The position numbers were made by a program, and so were the translations under genes. The notes beneath the pieces were generated by a model. The model ran no database searches. It saw nothing but the letters and a program-made list of their open reading frames with translations, and was not told where the DNA came from. From NCBI RefSeq assembly GCF_006345805.1, contig NC_043013.1, positions 37,076,001 through 37,140,000 of the forward strand: a DNA stretch of 64,000 nt, read 5' to 3'. Within the stretch, counting starts at the first letter, position 1. Each line of letters opens with the position of its first letter. Below, one piece after another: positions 43,799 through 56,425 of this stretch. Origin of the DNA: Octopus sinensis (Eukaryota).

Positions 43799-44024
43799 TG
43801 AAAAGCAGCAAAAGTATCGCAAAGAACTGTTACTCAGAGTTTCACGTTCCCGTTTGTCGGACATATTTGTTTAGATTGGAAGAGAAATAAGGTTATATGC
43901 GAACATATAATATTGTATATGTTTGCTTATTACCTTATTTGTGTTCCATTCTAAATAAAACTGTCCGACGAACGGGAACGTAAAACTCTGAGTGACAATT
44001 GTTGTAATATCGTGCTGCTTTTCA
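43799..44024. repeat. ~226 bp imperfect palindrome with a degenerate hammerhead in each arm
   Basis: Arms pair from TGAAAAGCAGCA/TGCTGCTTTTCA inward to AACATATA/TATATGTT around a ~6 nt loop (43910-43915). Confidence 0.85.
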
Positions 44025-44106
44025 AGAAAGCATATTACTCTCATTGGTGTTCGAGTATTTTTTTCTACCTTCTTTCGTATTTCTGCGCCTACTCTGATAT
44101 ATATAT

Positions 44107-44161
<55 letters not shown>

Positions 44162-44191
44162 ATATATGAATGAAGTATAGATATGTGCGTA

Positions 44192-44232
<41 letters not shown>

Positions 44233-44440
44233 GTGAAATAGAGAAATAGAGATGAATAATCTTGTAGTAGATTCAAAAAAGTTTAACCGATACCTTAGTA
44301 GCAAAAATCACAGCAGTAACAGCACGGTTGGAGGTACAACCATCTGGCGTTGCAACCGTGCGTTGGTGCGGATATTGAAATAAAACATTATTGGTGAATT
44401 GAAGAAATGGAGCTGAACGCAGATTGAACAGAATCGTTTT

Positions 44441-44530
44441 ATTTCATTTACACGTGTTTCGAAAGGCACAAATTACCAAAATCCGATTGAATAATGGGAC
44501 CATATTGTGTCTTTCTCTTCAGGAAGAAAA
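44441..44530 (-). ncRNA. Type I hammerhead motif, left-arm copy (core intact, 1 nt deletion weakens stem I)
   Basis: Minus strand TTC-CTGAAGA-GAAAG...CTTTC-GAAA-CACGT-GTA-AATG. It lacks the G that follows GUA in the right-arm copy. Confidence 0.6.
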
Positions 44531-45736
44531 AAGGAAATCCGTTGGAAAAACAAAAACAGAACAGAGGCGGAGCAAAAAACAAATCGAACTGTGCTCCTAA
44601 GAGCCCATGGCGAAACTGTTTATCAGTGTATGTTGAGAACCGGTGGCTGAAGAATTCAACGGGTCAGGCATCGGTCAATCATGTGGGTGAGGGTGTATAG
44701 ATGTTCTTTGTGACCGAGAATAAAGTTCTGACTATTTAAAGAATATTGGATGTTTATAAGGGGCGAGAAAAAATCTACTAGAGTCGTGTGTGTGTGTGTA
44801 CTGTTCTATATATGTGTGTGTTGGCGTAGGGGTATAAAACATTTTTTGTGTACGTGTGTGCGTTTGATCATTCGGCTGTCAGTGGCGGGCTACTGCCGTG
44901 ATAACCGTTGGGTGGCAGAAAGAAAAAAAGAAAAAATTATATATATATATTATGTTTTATGTGTGTGTGTGTGTTCATCTAAGCCTGCCTTGACAATGAA
45001 ACCCCCGCTGTGAAAAAACCAAGCCCCGTTTGTCTTACAGGAGTAATTTCCCTTGCAGTGGTTAATCGTAGATATCTTAAAGGCTATTTCAGAATTTGTT
45101 ACCAAGGGCTATGGTGCCGGTATAAATAGCGTTTATAAATAATACCGGCACCCATAGCCCTTGGTAACAAATTCTGAAATAGCCTTTAAGATATCTACGA
45201 TTAACCACTGCAAGGGAAATTACTCCTGTAAGACAAACGGGGCTTGGTTTTTTCACAGCGGGGGGTTTCATTGTCAAGGCAGGCTTAGATGAACACACAC
45301 ACACACACATAAAACATAATATATATATATAATTTTTTTCTTTTTTTCTTTCTGCCACCCAACGGTTATCACGGCAGTAGCCACTGACAGCCGAATGATC
45401 AAACGCACACACGTACACAAAAAATGTTTTCTACCCCTACGCCAACACACACATATATAGAACAGTATACACACACACACGACTCTAAGTAGATTTTTTC
45501 TCGCCCCTTATAAAACATCCAATATTCTTTAAATAGTCAGAACTTTATTCTCGGTCACAAAGAACATCTATACACCCTCACCCACATGATTGACCGATGC
45601 CTGACCCGTTGAATTCTTCAGCCACCGGTTCTCAACATACACTGATAAACAGTTTTCCATGGGCTCTTAGGAGCACAGTTCGATTTGTTTTTTGCTCCGC
45701 CGCTGTTCTGTTTTTGTTTTTCCAACGGATTTCCTT

Positions 45737-45826
45737 TTTTCTTCCTGAAGAGAAAGACACAATATGGTCCCATTATTCAATCGGATTTTGGTAATTTGTG
45801 CCTTTCGAAACACGTGTAGAATGAAA
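45737..45826 (+). ncRNA. Type I hammerhead ribozyme motif, right-arm copy, canonical core
   Basis: TTC-CTGAAGA(45745-51)-GAAAG.CACAA...TTGTG.CTTTC-GAAA(45807-10)-CACGT-GTA(45816-18)-GAA. G10.1-C11.1 pair present, palindromic stem III ACACGTGT. Confidence 0.8.
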
Positions 45827-45918
45827 TAAAACGATTTCTGTTCAATCTGCGTTCAGCTCCATTTCTTCAATTCACCAATAATGTTTTATATATATATATA
45901 TATATATGTACTTGTATA

Positions 45919-46165
45919 GTGGAGGCATGTGGCTTACTGGTTAGGGTGTCAGCACCATGATCGTAAGTTTGTGTTTTCGATTCCTGGACTCAGCTACAGA
46001 ATGTGTTCTTGAGCAAAACACTCCATTTGACGTTGCTCCAGTCCACTCAGCTGGTAAAAATGAGTAACGCTGCGATGTACTGGCGTCCCGTCCAGCTGGG
46101 AAACACATACGCCATAGAAACCAGGAAACGGGGCCCTTAAGGCCTGGCCAGGCTTAAAAGGGCGC
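45919..46165 (+). mobile_element. tRNA-derived SINE (CORE-like head with a different tail)
   Basis: TGGCTTACTGGTTAGG..TTCGATTCC head, GCTCCAGTCCACTCAGCTGGTAAAAATGAGT core, then GCGATGTACTGGCGTCCCGTCCAG tail. Confidence 0.8.
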
Positions 46166-46222
<57 letters not shown>

Positions 46223-46230
46223 ACATATAT

Positions 46231-46416
46231 TCTTTTATTCTTTTACTTGTGTTAGTCCTTTCACCGAGGCCATGCTGGAGCAGATAGGTTACTCGAGCAG
46301 ATCTACCCCAGGACTTATTCTTTGTAAGCCTAGTACTTATTCTATTGTTCTCCTTTGCCAAATGCTAAACATCGGTTGTCAAGTGATGTTTGGAGGGGAC
46401 AAACATAAACACACAA

Positions 46417-46448
<32 letters not shown>

Positions 46449-46597
46449 ACATGCATATATTACGGGCTTCTTTCAGTTTGCGACTTCCAAATTCATTCAC
46501 AAGGCTTTGGTCCGCCTGTGGCTATAGGAGGCGACACTCTCAAAGGTGCCACGCAGTGGGACTGAACCCGGAACCATGTGGTTGGTAAACAAACTAC
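46231..46597 (-). mobile_element. SINE family A
   Basis: Reverse-complement match to head (GTGCCACGCAGTGGGACTGAACCCGGAACCATGTGG) and tail. Confidence 0.8.
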
Positions 46598-47352
46598 TAT
46601 ATTTTATTTCATAAAATTTGTCACATAGACAGTACGATGATGATTGTGTAGCTTTGCGGGCTGGACAAACACATTAATGAATGAAAATGAAATAGAATGA
46701 ATAAATGAGAGACGAAACCGGAAAACAAACTACTTAGTACACAGTCACACCTGCGCTTAAATGTATACTGAAAGAGGGATGGAGAGAGCGAAAGAGGGAG
46801 AGAGAGAGAGAGAGAGAGTGGGAGACAGAGACGTAGATAACGCGTTTATTGTGAATTTGTAGAAGTGACCATTTGTAACTACGTGTGTATATTTTCGAAA
46901 TATATCTAGATCATTCTTTGATATGAAACTCACCGATAATATTTGGCCGCATATTAATGAATCTGTTATTAACTATAAGAAAAATGTTTTTTTCTATTTA
47001 AAAAATTATTCATACTCCATACCTATAACAACTATCTGTATCAATGCATATGCACATTTGCGCATGCGTGTACATATTTGTTTGTAGGTGTGTACAATTC
47101 TGAATAAAAGGGGCATTCATATCTTACAGGATAAGTATGGTATTTTTTAGGACAAGAGCTAAATAAAACTTTGCCCAACTGATTTCATCTTTAATAGCAA
47201 ATTGTATAAACATCACAACCGTGCAATCATAGACCAAGGGATTTTGCATTTTATTCCATCACGCGCTTCCATATACACTCTAACACTTATGAATACGAGA
47301 AAAACTATCCTTAGTGAGTGTTGGTGATATTGTTGCAACCAAATATATTTTC

Positions 47353-47421
<69 letters not shown>

Positions 47422-48423
47422 TATATATATTATATATGTAATAATATTAAGGATATTTATGAGAGTCTGGGCCGGGTTTTTGGAAAACACGTATACATGT
47501 TTCATATGTATATATACCTACAAATCACATACATACATGTACACATACATATACGAAGACTCACGTACAGACATGGATATTTCTACGTATATATATGTAC
47601 ATACATAGGCACACACATATGTACATATACGTAAAGTTTTATTTCTGCGTGTGTAGTATATGTAAATTTATTTTAGTATATGTATATTGGTCTCTCTATC
47701 TATCTAGCTAGATAGCCTTCTATTTGTCCGTCTGTCTGTCTATCTATCTTTCTATTTATCTCCGTCTCTCTCTCTCTCTCGCTCACACTCTATATGTATA
47801 TATAAATATGAATGTATATATATATATATATGTATGTATGTTTGTATGTATGTATGTATACATATGTATTTATACAATGCATAGGTACATCTGACATGAA
47901 TTTTCTATGTACGTATACTGTCTATAAGTACATACACTCACTCACACACACACACACACAAGCACAAACACACACAGAACTACACATGCACCCATGTATG
48001 TATTTATGCATGCATAAACAGAAGTGGAAAGTATGAGAGGAACGGCAGAGGAAAACCTAGAAGTGATAAAGTAACATAGCTGTCTCATTTTTATTTCATT
48101 TTGAATAAATTGTCATTTACTCATAACACCTTTTTAAATGTACTTCTCTTTATAAACATATGTGTCTATTTAAGTTAGAAGCCTATTTTAATTTAGTAAC
48201 TATGTATTTAGCTAATGTACCGCTGTTTACGAAATGCGTCTCTCATTAACGCCACGGTAGATTTTTTTTTCTTGTAATCTTTTTTTAATATTTTCCATTC
48301 ACTTTACTTTGCTTCCTTTATCTGTAATTATTTTATTCAGGGATATATATATATACATAAAAACATACATACATACAGCACACACACACACACACATATA
48401 TATAATATATATATATAATATAG

Positions 48424-48484
<61 letters not shown>

Positions 48485-49264
48485 ATATATATATTAATAA
48501 TTGAGTGTATGCATGTATGCATATTAACGCGCGCATGTGTATATAGAAATATATATAATATGCACACACCTATAAATATATACATATATCTGTATGTGTC
48601 TGTGTATACTTTCGCCTTTTAATAGTTTTGCTTTTAAATGAAAATAAAAGATGTGTGATTATGTATGTATATATATATCAATTCTTATATCCCGTATATC
48701 TTCCTATTTATTCGCATGGAGCTACATATCGCAATATGTGTGTGCGCGTATGTATGTATGTGTGTGTGCATCTACATTTATAATTGATTGTGTTTATGCG
48801 TATGGGAATGCATTTACGTGCTTTGATATATATATATATATATATATATCCATATGTAAGCAGCTAGCATATGTATTTGATTGAGTTTGTTTGCAAATTT
48901 AAAATGCGTTTAAATACCCATATATTTACACTTTTTATTTACGTATACGTTTTGTTTTTCATATATGTGAAAAAAATATCCACCATTTCCCTTCTCCTTC
49001 CTTCAATTTTCGCAGCCATATTTGGCAATGTCGCCATATTAGGTTTTGATTGAGTTGCCAACTTCAGATAAAAGAATTTAATTGGAACACCATCTATAGC
49101 AGAAACTAGAGTTATTTAACATATGAAATTTCTATATCTGTATATGCAACTCCCTAAATGAAATGGGTGTGTGTGAGCGCACAAACACTCAGAAAACGTC
49201 GCATTTATATGTACAAATAAACATATACTTATTTATATAGGAGCACAAATGCGCTCACACCATG

Positions 49265-49328
<64 letters not shown>

Positions 49329-49421
49329 GTGGTGTGTGTGTATGCCTGTATAGAAACATGAATACATATATACATACACACAAACACACATACATACATA
49401 TGTGTGTGTTTATGTGAGTGT

Positions 49422-49615
49422 AAGGCAGCAAGCATGCGGAATCGTTGATACGCTGGTCAAAATTCGTTTACGTTCTGAGATCAAACTCCATCGAGGTCCT
49501 CTTTGCCTTTCATCCCTTTCGGGCTCAAATGAAATAGTGACTAGTTGACCATTGTGACTGATGCAATCTACTATTCTCGTCCCGCCAAATTTCATGCCAT
49601 GTTCCAATATTACAA
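49422..49615 (+). mobile_element. Diverged SINE family E
   Basis: GAGATCAAACTCCATCGAGGTC..TTTGCCTTTCATCCCTTTCGGG core. Confidence 0.6.
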
Positions 49616-49619
49616 AGGA

Positions 49620-49875
<256 letters not shown>

Positions 49876-52857
49876 GAGGTATACATATCTATCTAAATAG
49901 AGGTATACAAACATGTAATTCACAACGCATATATGTTTGCGTGTGTGTATGTGTATGTATATGTATGTGCGTATGTGTGTGTCTGCTCATGATGTATGTA
50001 TGCACCAAAGCTCATTCGGGGACACATACAGTCACAAATATAAAGTTTCATCCATCGCTTCTACCTAAAACTAAAGTAACTGTAGCTTTGTATACTAGGA
50101 AATAACGTATCGATACACTTGAAATAGTCCCATTACATGTAACACTCGCACCACGCCTTCTACGTCTGAAAATCAGCGTTGCACATAATTTTCATCGATA
50201 CTTTCTAATTACGTCCATTATTCTGTTGATATAAAACCTACTGTTTAGTAGTTGCTGCACTGCAGCTACAAACTACATGTTAAATCACCGATTGCTTTTA
50301 ACGAAGGATCAGTTTGTGAAATATGACATTTGAAGTAATACAACATTTGCCCAAGTAGTCTCAGTAATTGAATGCTATTAATGGGTTATGTATTTGTATT
50401 CCATCATCAATGACTTTACTTGCCTCAAAATCCAGGTACCATTCGAAAAGTGATGGCATTTATTCTGATTCGTGATGTTCTGAGCAGAAATTCTGCCCAC
50501 GATTGACTTTATTCGTCATCTTTTCGGAGTCTCTAAATTAAGCAACGATTAAGCACTGAGGACACGTTGATCGACTCCCCTCACCCACCAAATTTCAGAC
50601 CCTGAATTACCAATTCTACTCACTTCATTGTATGCATTGTTGTATTTGGCATGACGTGTTTTTGTCTATGTGTATCTTTAATACATGTTGGTGTGCTTTA
50701 AAGAAATACGGTAAGATTCCTAGATTCATGATATCGTAGTTCCTTTTCTAATAAAAACGAACCAGGCAGTATTTGAATTTTGATATCCTTACAATGTGAC
50801 GGTATTCATTGCCAATGGATTAAACTTGAACGCTGTTGTTGGCATTTTGTTAACTCACAAATTTTAATGATGGTACTTACCTTCACACATCACCGTTATT
50901 TCTTAGTCAAATGTTTTACGTACTGCATTTAATGTGATGTTAAATTGGTAATATATATGAACAAGATGAGACATTGCTTAAAATGTGTATGTTCAAGTTT
51001 TGTTATCGGTCTTCTTTTAGTATCTACTAAAATGACAACGGGTGCAGATGTCACAAAGAGGGAGGGTCTAGGTGGTCGATAATTCTGCTAGAAATAAAAA
51101 TAAAGGCTCCCGAAATTTCACCACAAAATCGTAAGTAATACTTGCTAGTTTCAAGTAACTGCATAATGACAGAGTAAAAAACCTTGGATCGCCATGGCTG
51201 AATTAAAATATAAAATAGTCATGGGCTTTACATGTAGTTTTGTTCGATGAACCTGACCTGGGGTTTAAGAACAAAGAAAGTAGTAAGGGATGAAGATTTA
51301 AGTACTCACAACCTCTGATAATAGGAAATTACATGATGCAGTAAGTGTCATCTGGGAAATTATGTCATCTATCTACATTGTAGGAAAGAGGCTGACCAGA
51401 TTTTAATCGAGATTTATGCAACAAGGAAACCGCAACAGGAAAAAATAATAGTACCAAAAATAATGACGATAACACCAATACCAACACCAAAGACAATAAT
51501 GACAACAGTAACTATGGAAGCCACAAACGAATACGTGTGTGTGTGTGTGTGTGTGTGTGTTTGTGTGTGAGGGGTTGCAAAGTATCGGCTATATTTCTCT
51601 CCAATCAGCACCCAGCTCCTTACGCATTTAAAAGTGATGTTCCTCATATTGCAAAGAATATGAGGTTACGGTTGAAACCTATTTACTTTATCTTCGATAC
51701 AATGGCAGCGGTCCAGATACTTATTGGTCAGATTTTGTATATGCAGTGAAAAAAGATATTCAAACGACAAGAGGCATGTAATATTTCTCAGTCAAGCTTT
51801 GAATCAAAGGCAGCTATATAAGTTCATTACGCATTTCAAGAAAATTTACAAGTATAAAGATGGGTAATTTACCCACGCGCTATAATTGCTGTTAATATAT
51901 TAATTATTTCGTGGCCATTCGGCACCAAGTATGATGGTAGGATAAAGCTTAACGCCTTAATTTATATACCCTATAACGTGTACATCTGCTAAACTACGGC
52001 TGAACTTGGGTTAACTGAGAACAAAATCAAATGTAACATCAACAACAATTACAATGACAGAATCACGCATAACAACCAGAACAACGGCTGAAGTGACTCA
52101 CGGCATCTTTGACTCAACACCCACCGTAGAACAAGAGTCAATCAAATGTACATAGGGAAAAAAAGCTAAGGGTTCGTGACCTCAGGTTAAGTGTGACACG
52201 AAATATAAATATGAAGATAGTGGTTAATTTAAATAGCAGTGATAACCGTATCAGTGTTAGAAAAACAAAATATATCAGAAAAAGAAATTACAGAAACATG
52301 CATTCATCCGCTACATACCCACTCTCTACACAGGCAAACACTTTGATGAAACCGTATACATGCAGCGGACATCTGCGCTCCCTGATGAATAAAAGCGCAC
52401 ATACACATACGCATTTACACAAACGTACACATAGGTTCTCTTATATATTGATATGCAATCACGAGCACACAAGGGCACACCACAAACGCCGGCAGTTATC
52501 CCACCTAGATCAGCCACAAGTGACATCTATAGATATGCAAACATACACTCACAAACAAAAAGACGTGTATACACACACAGACGGGCATACACTCATTGAC
52601 ATACATGCATACATACATAAAAGCCGATAGGCACATAGAGAGAGCAACAGATGTAAAAATGCCGCACACGCATAGATTCGCACGCATACACACACGCAAA
52701 CGTAAATATATATATATATATATAGATATATATATATGTATGCATGTATGTATGTATAGATAGATAAATACATACATATATATGTGTATATATATATATG
52801 CGTATGTATATATATATATGCCTGTGTGTACATACATATATATGTGTACTATATATA

Positions 52858-52917
<60 letters not shown>

Positions 52918-53514
52918 GTGTGTGTGTGTGTAATCTGACGTACGTATACAATGATAGTCAAAAGTCGAAATGCATTAACGTGACTTAGAATACATCTGAA
53001 TTAAAATTCCGGACGGTAGAATGGGTAAAACAAGATGGCAGAACTAATATTTTAAAACTCAACCCCTTTATCACTACCGAATTGTTCTTTTCTTTTTCCC
53101 CGAAACGCAACACTTACAGCGTTAAAAACAACAACCTTAAAATCTTCATCCTCATTGTTTAAAAACCAGTCAAAATAGTTGGTTCATGGTGTTGGCGTTG
53201 GAAAAATAGGAGATCTGCAAGGAGGCGTAAGGGATTTTCTTGTCCTTTCGTATTTTTGTAGTTTTTGATGATTTTGTTTTACTGATGTTATTTTTCGTTT
53301 CTCTCCAATTTTATTTCTATTTCCAACTGATTTTTTTTTTAGTGTGTTTCTTCACTTTGTATCTGTGATGATATAGAGGGAGGGTGGAAATGACAAGAGC
53401 AGATTTTCTATGAAAAAAGAAAAATCAAGTAACACATTCCCAGCAGCTGCTTAATAGAAGCGTAAAGCCCAGCAAAGAATAAAAAAATAATATTTTGTAT
53501 TCGTAGTTGTGGTA

Positions 53515-53550
53515 ATAATAATAATAATGATGATAATAATAATAATAATA

Positions 53551-53621
<71 letters not shown>

Positions 53622-53645
53622 TAATAATAATAACAGCAACAACAA
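53515..53645. repeat. (TAA)n microsatellite
   Basis: Direct reading. Confidence 0.9.
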
Positions 53646-54542
53646 TACTGATAAGACTAGTTTTAATTATAGTAATAGAAAATACATATTACACACATAC
53701 ACATATATATATATACATAATATATGTATGCACATATATATATATATGTATATATATATATTTATATATATATATTTATATATATATATTTATATATATA
53801 TACATGTATGTATATATATATGTGTGTGTGTATGTGTGTGTCTGTGTGTGTGTCTGTGTATATATATATATGTATATATATTATATATATATATATATTA
53901 TATATATATATATAATATATATATATATATGTATGTATATATATATGTGTATTTGTGGGGACGAACTGTAAATGATAAAATGCGATAGGACAATGAGATG
54001 CTATATCTTTTACAGACATACTAATTTTTTTTCGTCTCTCAATGCGTAGTAATGTAACAGTTTATCTAAAAAATGAATAAAATGTTCAGAAAAAGAACAA
54101 TGCAATTTTACGCTAAGCATTCTCTCACGATTACGTTATCAAATAATCAAGGTTTCTTGACATTAGAATTCAAAGAATTGAGCAGTAAATTTCGGGATTA
54201 TGTACAGTATTTGGCTTAAGTGTGTTAACGAAGGAATACCGTCCTGAACATCCTGAACATATGTTATGTATTGTAGTGTATTTGTATATGTATACATATA
54301 CATGTATATACTACATAAGTACATATATTTATACAGTTAAAAAGTTATGTATACTTATAAAGTATATATAGATATCTATACACACACACTCACACATATT
54401 TATACAGCTGCAAATATGATATCTATATATACACATATATGTATATATATATATATCTATATCTATCTATCTATCTTTCTATCTATCTATCTATCTATCT
54501 ATCTCTCTCTATATATATACATATATATATATCAAATATATG

Positions 54543-54599
<57 letters not shown>

Positions 54600-54600
54600 C

Positions 54601-54668
<68 letters not shown>

Positions 54669-54690
54669 ATATGTATATATATTATATATA

Positions 54691-54723
<33 letters not shown>

Positions 54724-55823
54724 CATACGTATATATATAGAAAGATACATATTTATATATGATAGAGAAATGAAGTAAAATATAGATACATAGATAAACA
54801 AATAGATACATACATACATACACACACACAAACATACTTAAAGCGACTGATACTTGTCTGTTTCGTGTGTTTCTATTGTAAACATCTAAGTATGAAATAA
54901 CTCCGAGAAAATAGATTTATGAACGATGAAATTAGAGTTACATAATATATTTATTGCACTCCGTATCTTCACTGTATTACTCAACTGTGATGTTAGGACA
55001 ATTTACAGAAAGCAACAAAGATGCATAAATCGCTTTCATTATATAAACAAGAACACTTGGATTTGTCGGATGTAAACCTAAGCATTATTTGAGGAGTTTC
55101 TAGTTCTGTGAGTGAGAGGGGATTTACTTGTTAAAGAAACGCAAAGAGACGAGATATAAATATTGATATGTACAAAATAAATGCTATGATTATAAACAAT
55201 ATAAATAAAACAATCATACTTAAAGGAATGTTTGCGAGAATAAAGAAAAGTCGAAAGTGTAAATGAAGCTCTGCGCGCAATTTAAAGTGAATTGTCGATG
55301 CACTGATAGACTAAAAAGTGTTCTGAAAATTATCCTTTGTAAATTATATAGATATAAAGCAAATATCTTTCTAATGTGCCGGCAAGATCTTAGCACTTCA
55401 GACCTTTTATTGTAGCTGTGTAAATCGTGAGATTTTTGGAGAAATATCCCAGTCAAATATGATTTGCATCAGAATTTTAAATGAAAGCAAGTCAGGCATA
55501 TACGGAATATTATAAATTCGTTAGTTTTAAAAGCGATGGGACGTCGTTTTCCAAATATGCTTTGACAACTTTGGTGTCGTTCATTTTACCTCGATGCCTC
55601 AAAGATTGGAGGAATTAAGAATAGCAAAAGTTTCGGAACGCTTTTTTGTTTCTTTGCCCAAATGCTTAGACGATTCAAATGATATAATCTGATACATCCA
55701 GAGGATTTGCTGAATGCGAGCGCAAGGTAAGCAGGGAAAATAACTTATAGTAGATTTCCTAATAATAATAATAATAACAATAATAATAATAATAATAATA
55801 AGAAGAAGAAGAAGAAGAAGAAA

Positions 55824-55869
<46 letters not shown>

Positions 55870-55872
<3 letters not shown>

Positions 55873-56369
55873 GCAAATAGGCCAGACATCATAATGAAAG
55901 GCTTCAGACAAAAATCTTGCTTCCTCATTGATATGATTGTTCCAATCGATATAAACGTATCTGTCAAGAGCTACCAAAAACTGAGCAAGTATAAAGATCT
56001 TGAAATAGAAATTAGCAAAATATGGAACCTGAAGACTAAAAGAATACCTGTTGCATTAGTTGTCCTGAGAATGATAGCCAAAGGGGATTTTTGCTACCCA
56101 GATCAGATACTAGGAAACCCCAAAATGGTAGAAATTCAAAAGGAACTGCCCATATCTTACGCAAAATACTTTCTATGTAATCTCAAATTTTAAAACAAAT
56201 ATAATTTTCTGATGGTTTCTTAAACATTCTCTAGAACAATACTTTGTACAAGACCAAATATACGGCATCCTAGGCATAACACGAACATGAACTTCTAACT
56301 TGTTGTCTCTTTAGGTCTCTGAGTGAGACTTGGAGCCAACTTGTACAAATGTAAAGCAAAAGTCAACCA
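55870..56369 (+). pseudogene. 5'-truncated RLE-type non-LTR retrotransposon (R4/Dong-like): nuclease domain and 3' UTR
   Basis: ANRPDIIMKGFRQKSCFLIDMIVPIDINVSVKSYQKLSKYKDLEIEISKIWNLKTKRIPV matches the RLE motif RPD.......C.LID...P......K..EK..KY.DL. Followed by a (TAA)n tail. Confidence 0.85.
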
Positions 56370-56386
56370 TAATAATAATAATAATA

Positions 56387-56425
<39 letters not shown>

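Larger units (their letters stand above)
44380..45889. repeat. ~1.5 kb near-perfect palindrome (arms 44380-45123 and 45142-45889, 18 nt spacer)
   Basis: The arms are reverse complements along their whole length, with roughly a dozen differences counted by eye. Confidence 0.95.

Noticed and set aside
43799-44024. Apparent A/G bias between palindrome arms, suggesting ADAR-edited intermediates
   Set aside because: Only four such sites lie in the HHR part, the inner arm differences are mixed transversions, and ordinary transitions explain it.
51021-51130. Plus-strand exon-like segment with good acceptor and GTAAGT donor
   Set aside because: Stops occur in all three frames and there is no other support.
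51414-51647. Hydrophobic TM-like ORF end (minus strand)
   Set aside because: It derives from AAT/AAC/GAC-rich low-complexity sequence next to a (CA)n tract.
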